Assembly (NCBI GenBank): GCA_964351345.1
Contig: CAYGNZ010000015.1
Location: 1-16,557, forward strand
Direction of reading: 5' to 3'
Source: an uncultured Bdellovibrionales bacterium
GTDB lineage: Bacteria; Bdellovibrionota_C; UBA2361; SZUA-149
Length of the DNA stretch: 16,557 nt
Under the pieces are notes generated by a model, which was given only the letters and a program-made list of their open reading frames with translations, had not been told where the DNA came from and searched no databases. Positions 1 through 7,420 of the stretch are shown piece after piece. Position 1 is the first letter of the stretch, and every line of letters starts with the position of its first letter. The position numbers and the translations under genes are program-made.

Positions 1-167
1 GCTTTTGTTTTCGCGCTGGCTTTTTTCTTCGCCGCAGCTTTCTTTTTCGACTTTGTCGCGCTGAGCTTTACCTCGACAACCTTCTCTTTTGCGCTTTTTT
101 TCTTGGCAACTGAAGTCGCTTGTTTTGTATTCCGCTTCCGCGTTGAACCTTGACTACCTGCTTTCAT
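1..167 (-). CDS. Histone H1-like lysine/alanine-rich DNA-binding protein, N-terminal fragment (gene continues beyond window start)
   Basis: Not in the supplied ORF track because it runs off the edge. The minus-strand ATG at 165-167 overlaps the TAA stop (167-169) of the upstream acidic gene (TAATG). An SD-like GAGGAAG lies 4-5 nt upstream. 55 open codons reach position 1 and translate MKAGSQGSTRKRNTKQATSVAKKKSAKEKVVEVKLSATKSKKKAAAKKKASAKTK. This is K/A-rich, like bacterial H1/Hc1-type histone-like tails. It is low-complexity A-rich sequence, so a chance ORF is not excluded. Confidence 0.45.
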   Translation of the reverse strand, partial: MKAGSQGSTRKRNTKQATSVAKKKSAKEKVVEVKLSATKSKKKAAAKKKASAKTK

Positions 168-835
168 TATTCTTCCTCTGCTTCGTGTTCTTTTTGTGCG
201 TCATTCCGCACGCGCTCTGCCTCTGATCGCTGATACTCTTCAGCCTGCTGAGCTTTTCTCAAATCTTCTTCCTCCGGAGTCGAGCTTGAGACCACAATCG
301 GTCGTGATCCAGATTCGCCTCCCTCCACAAATCCAGTCATCGCATGGGGCAGAACCTTTTTCAGGATCGACTTCATATCAGCCAACTGAAAATCAATTCG
401 ATCTAAGGTTGCTCCATCCTGCGCCACTTCGAGCTGCGTTGTGATGCGATCAATCTTTGTGGTGAGAAGAGTAAGTCGGTTGGTAAGAATATCGAGCTGT
501 TTCTCGACCACGCCGAGTTGCTTAGCCGTGGCCAGACCCATCAAATGCACGATGCTTGAAACGGGCACATCTCGACTGTGCGACGGCGCTGTCTGTCGTG
601 ACTCAGAAAGTGCGGCCTTTGCTCGCTCAATTACCTCGCTTGCTGATTGCACTACCCCAGCGGCAGGGTCTTTCTGATCTTGTTCGCCAGATTCACTCTC
701 TTCCGCCTCTGTTTCCTCAGAACCCTCTGAGGCATCTTCTGCCTCGAGTGCCTCGGTTACCTCAGCCTCATCGACCATCTCGATTGCCTTCTCGGTAACA
801 CCAAGCTCTTCATTCGCCAGATTCTCTTCCGACAT
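167..835 (-). CDS. Highly acidic coiled-coil protein (hypothetical); acidic E/D/S-rich N- and C-termini flanking a heptad-repeat core
   Basis: 222-aa ORF. The N-terminal ~55 aa are dominated by E/D/S/T (EEAEESESGEQDQKD). The core has leucine/isoleucine heptads (LGVVEKQLDILTNRLTLLTTKIDRITTQLEVAQ). The C-terminus is EEEDLRKAQQAEEYQRSEAERVRNDAQKEHEAEEE. The stop is coupled to the start of the downstream K-rich ORF. It is not PspA-like despite similar size. No family assigned. Confidence 0.7.
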   Translation of the reverse strand: MSEENLANEELGVTEKAIEMVDEAEVTEALEAEDASEGSEETEAEESESGEQDQKDPAAGVVQSASEVIERAKAALSESRQTAPSHSRDVPVSSIVHLMGLATAKQLGVVEKQLDILTNRLTLLTTKIDRITTQLEVAQDGATLDRIDFQLADMKSILKKVLPHAMTGFVEGGESGSRPIVVSSSTPEEEDLRKAQQAEEYQRSEAERVRNDAQKEHEAEEE

Positions 836-857
836 AGGGGTACCAGCCTGCTCAGAA

Positions 858-887
858 CAGCCCTTCGAGAAAATCCATAAAGGGCTG
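858..887 (-). terminator. GC-rich 8-bp inverted repeat (CAGCCCTT / AAGGGCTG, 14-nt loop) in the spacer between the CorC-family gene stop and the acidic-protein gene start; possible terminator or 5'-UTR stem
   Basis: Perfect 8-bp stem at 858-865 and 880-887, seen directly. No clear U-tract follows on the minus strand (TTCT only), so a terminator role is uncertain. Confidence 0.2.
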
Positions 888-953
888 ATATCATTATCAA
901 ATATTGTATAGGTAAATTGCTAGGGAACTCACTTCTCAGCTAAGTTCTCTGCA

Positions 954-2438
954 CTAAGATTGTGATGCCTTAACCACGGGAGTGGTTTCATCAACTTCTT
1001 CGCTGTCGAGCTGTATTAGGCGCACAGCTTCAATTCGGTGATTTTCTACTTTTTCTACTCTTATCACGACTTTAACCTGGTCTTCGGTCGAATCCTCTGC
1101 CTCATCCTCTTCGCCGGCAGCACCGTTGAGTAGCTGAAGAGCTGCGCCGTTCTTGGAGCTCTCCGCCTCTTCTTCAACAACCACCTCTCCCGAGTCAGCA
1201 ATGGAAACCTCATCACCCCCTTCGGGCATTCGCCCCAGGGAAGTAAAAATGAAGCCCGCAATGGTATCGTAGTCACCTTCTGGGATTTCTAGATCAAGCC
1301 GATCATTGAGATCCGTGACCAGCATTCCGCCATCAACCACCACATCTCCATTATCATGCTCAACAAGCTCCAACTCGGGAGTGTCAGACTCATCGAAAAT
1401 GTCGCCAACGATTTCTTCGATTAAGTCTTCAAGAGTCACAAGCCCGTCCACGCCTCCGTGCTCATCAAGCACGATCGCCATATGAAGCTTACGGCTTTTG
1501 AACTCATTGAGCAGATCATCAATGGGCTTTGTGCCGGGAATAAAATACGCCTGCCGCATAATTTTCGAGAGATGAAAGTCTGCCGCTTCCGGCTCGGACT
1601 TATGGGCGATGTAGGAGAGAAGATCTTTTACTAATAAAATGCCGTGAATATCGTCAATACCATTGCCGCTTATCGGAAAGCGAGAAAACCCTGTTTCTTC
1701 TACTCTGGCGAGCACCTCGGGCAGCGCCGCACCAATATCAACCGCAACCAAATCCGTGCGCGGTGTCATTACCTCTCGTGCCACGGTTTCTGAGAAACCA
1801 AACACTCCTCGGAGCATGGTCTCCTCATGCTCGTCAAAGATACCGTGCTCGGTGCTTTGCGTAACAAGTCGGCTAATTTCTGAGGCCGAGTGCATGCGCT
1901 CTGCCGTTTCAGGAACACTCGTGCTGAAAGGCTTTAGGATAAGATTTGCCAACTCAATTACGAGAAAAAGAATTGGTCGAAACACTTGGGCTGCAACAAA
2001 CAACGGTATTGCAAAAACACGTAACGTGCTTTCTGGATTTGCCATCGAGATTGATTTTGCAACCATCTCAGCAATAACAATATGACTGAGCACGGTGGCA
2101 ACGATGGAGATAATCACCGCAAGCGCTTGCCGCCCCAGCCCCCCGAAGCTAAGCGCGTAACTTGACTGCTCCAGTGAGATGAAAAAGACATACGCCAGCC
2201 AGCCCAGCAGAATCGAAGCGACACTTCGCCCGAGCTGACAAACCGCAAGACTAATACTCACCCGTGCAAGCAACCAACACGCTGCGTGTGAGGACCATCG
2301 CTTTTTCTTTCCCTCGACTTCAAACGGTTCGGTACTGCAGCGCAGTATCGCCAATTCCCCTGCGGCACAAATGCCATTGGTCAAGAGCAGCACTGCAGCG
2401 AGGATTAAATAGAAGTGGAGGGAAAACGAGAGTTCCAT
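954..2438 (-). CDS. CNNM/CorC/TlyC-family transporter: DUF21 transmembrane domain + CBS pair + CorC_HlyC (transporter-associated) domain; putative Mg2+/Co2+ efflux or hemolysin-family protein
   Basis: 494 aa from the ATG at 2436-2438 (the track's extra M is a TTG one codon upstream). Four N-terminal hydrophobic helices. CBS motifs (VAREVMTPRTDLVAVD; HGILLVKDLL; MAIVLDEHGGVDGLVTLEDLIEEIVGDIFDE). C-terminal CorC_HlyC-like segment (VVVDGGMLVTDLNDRLDLEIPEGDYDTIAGFIFTSLGRMPEGGDEV...VKVVIRVEKVENHRIEAVRL) interrupted by an acidic low-complexity insert. Confidence 0.9.
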   Translation of the reverse strand: MELSFSLHFYLILAAVLLLTNGICAAGELAILRCSTEPFEVEGKKKRWSSHAACWLLARVSISLAVCQLGRSVASILLGWLAYVFFISLEQSSYALSFGGLGRQALAVIISIVATVLSHIVIAEMVAKSISMANPESTLRVFAIPLFVAAQVFRPILFLVIELANLILKPFSTSVPETAERMHSASEISRLVTQSTEHGIFDEHEETMLRGVFGFSETVAREVMTPRTDLVAVDIGAALPEVLARVEETGFSRFPISGNGIDDIHGILLVKDLLSYIAHKSEPEAADFHLSKIMRQAYFIPGTKPIDDLLNEFKSRKLHMAIVLDEHGGVDGLVTLEDLIEEIVGDIFDESDTPELELVEHDNGDVVVDGGMLVTDLNDRLDLEIPEGDYDTIAGFIFTSLGRMPEGGDEVSIADSGEVVVEEEAESSKNGAALQLLNGAAGEEDEAEDSTEDQVKVVIRVEKVENHRIEAVRLIQLDSEEVDETTPVVKASQS

Positions 2439-2681
2439 CAAAGGTATTGAAAGCTTCCTGCGCTACGTAATTATTTTGCTGAGACAGATTGCATGCCGGG
2501 AGTCTCCGCACGCCTCCGCAGACGCCGGGCGCGCGAAAGTTTCGCTCGAATCAGCTTGAACTGGATGTATGTATGGAGACCAATCGTAGGTGATCAGTAG
2601 GCTTCGACTAGGAGGTTCGTCTTTCACCTATATAGAATGACGGGATTTCTAAGGAACTGTCAAGCAGACACCTACAAAAAT

Positions 2682-2692
2682 AGATACTATCT
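2682..2692. promoter_or_regulatory. 11-bp palindrome AGATAcTATCT in the 380-bp divergent intergenic region between the CorC-family gene and the Hdr-like oxidoreductase gene; candidate operator
   Basis: Perfect inverted repeat with a 1-nt centre, seen directly. It sits ~130 bp upstream of the 2822 start in an AT-richer stretch. No known regulator motif is assigned. Confidence 0.2.
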
Positions 2693-2821
2693 GTTGTAAT
2701 TGCAGGCGCTTAAGCAAATTATCTCTGCTCTTCCACGAGTCCTCCCTCCGAGCCATTTTGGCCCCCTGGAGAGAAGTTACACCCTTTTCTGCCAAAGATT
2801 CGTTCTGCTAGAGTTTTGTGC

Positions 2822-5035
2822 ATGGCTACAAGCACTTCCTTAGATATCGCAAACAGAGAAATCCTCTGGAACGTCTCCTCCACCCCAAACGTGGTGACCA
2901 TGTATTTGCTCTTCGGCATCTCGCTCGTGGTTTGCCTCTGGGGATTCTGGCGTCGCTTTGAACTTTGGAGCGCGGGCACGACCGCCTCCGAGCGGCTGTC
3001 TGCTCCCCTGCGACGAGCGAAGATACTTTGGGACTGGGTGCTCAACCAGAAGGGCGTTGTTGCAGAGCGCAAACCGGGAATTTTTCACACCCTGATCCTT
3101 TGGGGATTCCTGGTGCTGCTATTTGCAACGACCATGGTTTTTATCGATCACGACCTTGGTATTCGTATTTATCAAGGACGCTACTACCTCGCAGTCACCC
3201 TCCTGGCCGATGTCTTTGGCCTGCTCCTCCTGATAGGACTGAGCTTGGCGTACTATCGCCGCTATATCGAACAGCCGGACCGCCTCCACAGTGGCTCAGG
3301 CGATAGTGTGATGCTGGGACTGCTTGTTGCCTTATGTGTGCAAGGCTTTTTGCTGGAAGCATTGCGTATCCACGCCACCGAGGATCCCTGGGCAATATAC
3401 TCTCCCGTGGGCTACGTGCTCAGTTTACTCTTTTGGAATTTCTCAGAAGAGAGCAGCAGGTTACTTCACTTTGTCATTTGGTGGTTTCATGCAATCAGCG
3501 TATTCATCTTTATTGCCCTGCTTCCCTATACCAAATTTCTCCACATTTTCTCTTCGAGCGCCAATTTGTTTTTCAAGGAAATCGATCGACCAAAAGGCGC
3601 GCTGCGATATCCTGGAGATATCGAATCGATGATGGAAGAGATGCTTTCTTCTGAAGATGACGAAGAGTTCATTCTCGGCACTCCGAGCTTGAAGGAACTT
3701 AGCTGGAAGGCACGACTCGACCTTGATGCCTGCACAAGTTGCGGACGCTGTCAGTCGGTGTGCCCCGCCTACAATTCCGGCAAAGCACTCTCCCCGAAAT
3801 GGCTTATCCTCGACACAAGAAATCACATGTTAAAGCTTCGTGCCGACGGCCATCTCGAGTCCGATGCTGAGGTGACTTCTGGGCTTCGCCAGCTCAATGC
3901 GCTCGATCGCGGGCTGCTTGATGACGTGCTCCTTGCCGACTTTAACGAGCCTACTCGTCGGCGAGCAGATAATGAGCTGGTGCAGAATGCGGCGCAGGCC
4001 GTCGGTGAGAAAACAGACGCCCGCCTTGCCGGCGAGGTGATGGACGAGGACGTCTATTGGTCCTGCACGACTTGTCGGGCATGCATGGAGGTCTGTCCTG
4101 TAGGCATCGAGCATGTGGATCACATTCTTGATGTTCGTCGCTCAATGGCACTGATGGACGGCAATATTCCGAGCGAGGCACAAACAAGTCTGCGTGCGAT
4201 AGAAACTCGAGGGAATCCTTTTGGCCCGGCTGAGGAACGCGCGAACTGGAGTGACGGCCTTGAGATTCGCCTGCTTGAAGAGGGTGATTCCGTTGAGGTG
4301 CTCTATTGGGTAGGCTGCATTTCCGCCTACGACAAGAGAAAGCAAAGTATTGCTCGGGCAATGGTTGAAATACTCAATCGTTCCGGGGTGAGCTGGGGGA
4401 TGTTGGGAAATAAAGAGCATTGCACGGGGGACCCCGCTCGTCGCCTCGGCGAGGAGAACCTATTTCAATCCTCTGCGAAGACCAACCTTGCCACGCTCCA
4501 TTCCGTCTCGTTTCAACGCATCGTTGCGAATTGCCCCCACTGTTTTAACACCTTGAAGAACGAATATCCTGCGCTTGGCGCCCTCCAGGAGCAAACCCAG
4601 GTAGAGGTCGTGCATCACAGCCATTTCATCAAGGAACTCCTTGATGCGGGAACGCTGCAGGTGAATCAGGACGCAACGCAAGACATCACCTTTCACGACC
4701 CCTGTTACCTTGGTCGTCATAATGACAGCTACCAGGAGCCACGTGACGTCTTGGTCCAAATCGGCGGAGCAAAGCTTCGTGAAATGAAAGATTCAAAAGA
4801 GCGCGGAATGTGCTGCGGTGCCGGTGGCGGACATTACTGGTTTGATATGAAAGTTGGCGAGCGCGTCAATGTCCAGCGTGCAGAACAAGCCGTCGCCACC
4901 GGCGCTTCTACGGTGGCCACCGGCTGCCCCTTTTGTTTGCAGATGATGGAGGATGGCATGAAACTCGGGGGTCACGAGGAGCAGGTGGAGGTGCGTGACA
5001 TCGCCGAGCTTGTTGCTGCCTCGCTTGTCTCCTAG
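2822..5035 (+). CDS. Fused membrane cytochrome b (NarI/HdrE/DsrM-like, 5 TM, di-heme His pattern) + HdrD/GlpC/DsrK-like iron-sulfur oxidoreductase (2x CX2CX2CX3CP ferredoxin motifs, 2x CCG cysteine-rich domains); putative quinol:acceptor oxidoreductase
   Basis: Five N-terminal TM helices with paired His (FHTLILWGF...FIDH in TM2; LHFVIWWFHAISV...KFLHIF in TM5). Two [4Fe-4S] motifs (CTSCGRCQSVCP, CTTCRACMEVCP). Two CCG-type domains (VGCISAYD...HCTGDP...CPHCFNT, then DPCYLGRHN...MCCGAGGG...GCPFCLQMM). The track ORF begins at TTG 2816. The first ATG is 2822. ATG 2900 (MYLLFG..., directly at TM1) is an alternative start. Confidence 0.85.
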   Translation: MATSTSLDIANREILWNVSSTPNVVTMYLLFGISLVVCLWGFWRRFELWSAGTTASERLSAPLRRAKILWDWVLNQKGVVAERKPGIFHTLILWGFLVLLFATTMVFIDHDLGIRIYQGRYYLAVTLLADVFGLLLLIGLSLAYYRRYIEQPDRLHSGSGDSVMLGLLVALCVQGFLLEALRIHATEDPWAIYSPVGYVLSLLFWNFSEESSRLLHFVIWWFHAISVFIFIALLPYTKFLHIFSSSANLFFKEIDRPKGALRYPGDIESMMEEMLSSEDDEEFILGTPSLKELSWKARLDLDACTSCGRCQSVCPAYNSGKALSPKWLILDTRNHMLKLRADGHLESDAEVTSGLRQLNALDRGLLDDVLLADFNEPTRRRADNELVQNAAQAVGEKTDARLAGEVMDEDVYWSCTTCRACMEVCPVGIEHVDHILDVRRSMALMDGNIPSEAQTSLRAIETRGNPFGPAEERANWSDGLEIRLLEEGDSVEVLYWVGCISAYDKRKQSIARAMVEILNRSGVSWGMLGNKEHCTGDPARRLGEENLFQSSAKTNLATLHSVSFQRIVANCPHCFNTLKNEYPALGALQEQTQVEVVHHSHFIKELLDAGTLQVNQDATQDITFHDPCYLGRHNDSYQEPRDVLVQIGGAKLREMKDSKERGMCCGAGGGHYWFDMKVGERVNVQRAEQAVATGASTVATGCPFCLQMMEDGMKLGGHEEQVEVRDIAELVAASLVS

Positions 5036-5039
5036 GACT

Positions 5040-6836
5040 ATGCTGCCCAAGCCCGATGCCCATATCGAGGTGCTCACGAAGCTCTCAGGCGAGCAGCAGC
5101 TCGAGCTATTTCAGCAAAACGCCTACGCCGAACTTTCCCAACACTACCTCTCCGTCCTTCACTACCTACAACGCTACCCCTTGCTGCAGTTAGGAGAAGA
5201 AACAAAAATTGCACTCAATCTTTTTATCGAACGCTTTCTCTTCTTTTTCTCACAGGCAAGCTTCGAACTCCCCGCCTCCGATGCAGAACGCTTTATTGCG
5301 GCCAATGCAAACATCGCAAATCTTACTGCTCTCTCCGAACTACAAACAACAGACGCCTATCTACAAAAAGTTGCGGTCCAAGAGAATGGACTTGCAAAGC
5401 TTCTCACGCTCTACTCTGCCCGAAACACTGTACGAATAGATCGTTCGGCATTGTTTCAACGTAACCCTCAGCTCGCCTCACGTTGGTATATGGCTTTTTT
5501 CGATACCTACACCAGCGCACTTGCCGACAATAACGCCCTAGAACATTTACGCATGCATCTTGAGAGTATCGACCCACGGATTGATCTCGGTCGGGCAGTG
5601 AATCGAGTGTACTTTGCCTGCACCTATATTGATCCAGAGAAAGACGCTGCGTTTAAACAGTTTATTAATACTCGCGTTCAAGAGAATCATCCGGTAACGC
5701 TCGAATTTGGCCCCGAACATAGGAACAACAAAATTGCCGTGTTCAGCGGCTGCTGGCGGAACACGCACGCGGTGTATAAAAATCAGTTTGCCTTCATCGA
5801 ATCGCTTCGAGATGACTATCAGCTTACCTTTTTCCCCCTTCGTAACCGTCAAGACACTTCGCTCTTTCACAAAATCGACCATTCCTGTCGCGAGGGACCG
5901 CTGCATCTTGAGTCTTTTCAACGGGAGAACTTTGCCGCAGTGTATTTTCCTGATGTAGGGATGACCGAGCAAAGCATTATCCTGGCAAACCTGCGGCTTG
6001 CTCCCTTACAAATCGCATCCTTTGGTCACTCGGTGAGCAGTTTTGGCTCGAAGGTGGACTACTTCATTGCTGGAGAGGAGGTCGAAGACATTTCTCTGTG
6101 GCAAGAGAACTACTCCGAGCGCTTGGTGATACTACCAGGACTGGGGATGGTGAACTTGTTACCCGAGGTCCCTGCCGTAGTTTCTCAGGATGAAAGCGAC
6201 GTCGTTCGTATCGCCTGCCCCTGGTCGGCACCAAAATGCTCTGCAGCGATTATTCAAACGCTAAAAAGAATCGTCGCACACGCTCAGCGCCCACTGCATT
6301 TCCTCTTTTTGGCAGGTGGTGGCGTGACACGAGCAAACGGTTACCTCCCTTTTGTGCGGCAATTGGAATCTACTCTGCAAGGGGCCTCAGTTGAAGTGCT
6401 CCCTCACCTTCCCTATCCAGAGTATTTAGAAAAGATCGGCCAATGTGATTTCGCTCTTGATTCATTCCATTTTGGTGGCTGCAATAGCGTGGTTGATGTC
6501 TTACTTCTTGGTAAAGCAATTCTCAGTCAACAAGGCTCAAAATGGTACAACCGAATCGGAGGAGCCCAGCTCAAACACATCGGGCTTGGGGAGCTGGTTC
6601 ACCAAAGCGATGATTCTTACTGCGAGCAAGCCCTACGGATAATTAACGAACCAGGGTATCTGGCCGCGCTTGAAGAAAAAATACATGCCGCAGACATCGC
6701 AAACGGAGCGCTGTTTTCAACCCAGCCTGCAGTCGGCTTTAAGCGTGCAATCGACTACCTCATGGCGAATCATCATCAGCTCAGCAAAGAAAACACCCGT
6801 GCGCCTATCGAAATTAGTTTGAATCTCTCGGATTAG
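5040..6836 (+). CDS. GT41-family glycosyltransferase (O-GlcNAc-transferase / HMW1C-NGT-like catalytic domain) with an all-helical N-terminal domain and no TPR repeats
   Basis: 598 aa from ATG 5040, 5 bp after the upstream TAG. The upstream GTG at 4995 lies inside the previous gene. The C-terminal two-thirds align by eye to OGT-family blocks: [26 protein letters not shown] vs OGT [43 protein letters not shown] vs G(Y/H)PGTTG..[21 protein letters not shown] vs [52 protein letters not shown] vs [35 protein letters not shown]. Its size (~600 aa) and helical N-terminal domain resemble HMW1C/ApNGT-type enzymes. Confidence 0.7.
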   Translation: [598 protein letters not shown]

Positions 6837-6962
6837 ATAGAATTAGCAAAAAACTTCCCCCGATAAGGTGACGCTTGATGCATACTAAAGCATATCCCTA
6901 GCGAACCAGTATTTTTGAGTATTGCGTTTGATGAGAACAAACACGAAACGGGGAATTGTATC

Positions 6963-7412
6963 ATGCCATCGCAAGCAACCGTACGTAACAACCGAGTGCT
7001 CAGCACAATATACTTTGTTGCTGCCCTAACGTTCTTCGGCGTAGCCTACTACATGGCTCGGACCTTTGAGATATGGTCCCCCTTACTGCTGACACTCAGT
7101 GCGGCAAGCCTGAGCATTGCCGTGCTCACCTTGCTGACCAAACGTCCGTTTATCACCTATCTAATTTGCGTGCTCACGTATGTATTTGCGATCCAGCAAA
7201 GCCTCTCAAGCCTACTCGGATCAAGTATCTATGACTCACTCGGTTTATTGTTTGCCTGCACGGCCTTCTTCTCGACTCCGCTGATTTATCTCTTAATCAA
7301 ACAGTCGCAGATCAACTCTCAACATTCGCTTCGTGATACGCTTTTTACGCTGCCCACTTTCCGCAGTGACGCTGCGAAGAAAAGCGATACCCCAACCGCT
7401 GCAAATAGTTAG
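6963..7412 (+). CDS. Small integral membrane protein (4 predicted TM helices), hypothetical
   Basis: The track ORF starts at TTG 6915. The first ATG is 6963, preceded by GGGGAA 7 nt upstream. Four hydrophobic stretches (LSTIYFVAALTFFGVAYY; LLLTLSAASLSIAVLTLL; ITYLICVLTYVFAI; LGLLFACTAFFSTPLIYLLI). No family recognised. Confidence 0.6.
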   Translation: MPSQATVRNNRVLSTIYFVAALTFFGVAYYMARTFEIWSPLLLTLSAASLSIAVLTLLTKRPFITYLICVLTYVFAIQQSLSSLLGSSIYDSLGLLFACTAFFSTPLIYLLIKQSQINSQHSLRDTLFTLPTFRSDAAKKSDTPTAANS

Positions 7413-7420
7413 AACCTCAA

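Noticed and set aside
196-798. Three plus-strand ORFs (196..444, 441..677, 556..798) overlapping the acidic-protein gene
   Set aside because: They are antisense to a well-supported 222-aa gene. Their Pro/Ser/Leu-rich translations are the usual mirror-image artefact of a GAA/GAG-rich coding strand. They have no SD or start context.
167-835. Possibility that the 222-aa coiled-coil protein is PspA/IM30, which would complete a Psp-type system
   Set aside because: The size is similar, but the N-terminus is extremely acidic rather than the amphipathic, conserved PspA N-terminal helix. It is also located 8 kb away on the opposite strand. I treat it as an unrelated acidic coiled-coil protein.
1064-2085. 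ORFs 1064..1276 (-) and 1663..2085 (+) inside the CorC-family gene
   Set aside because: They are nested within or antisense to a gene with clear DUF21/CBS/CorC_HlyC domain architecture. They have no independent support.
2540-2570. tRNA-like T-loop motif (tttcgctcgaatcagc) in the divergent intergenic region
   Set aside because: It only partially resembles GGTTCGAATCC. I could not find a flanking acceptor-stem complement or D-arm consensus, so a tRNA gene is very unlikely.
2816-2902. TTG start at 2816 (track) versus ATG 2822 versus ATG 2900 for the Hdr-like gene
   Set aside because: It is not rejected as a gene. Only the exact start is uncertain. None of the candidates has a convincing SD. 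I annotated 2822 and flagged 2900, which begins exactly at TM1 as in NarI-type proteins.
2719-4759. Multiple minus-strand and alternate-frame ORFs (e.g. 2719..3072, 2840..3088, 3951..4361, 4460..4759) overlapping the Hdr-like gene
   Set aside because: The Hdr-like frame carries intact TM helices and cofactor motifs across its whole length. The overlapping ORFs are short, domain-less and typical of GC-rich antisense frames.
4995-5039. GTG start at 4995 giving a 45-nt overlap between the GT41 gene and the Hdr-like gene
   Set aside because: An ATG at 5040 lies 5 bp after the upstream stop. The 15-aa extension (MTSPSLLLPRLSPRT) lies inside the previous gene's C-terminal coding sequence, with no support.
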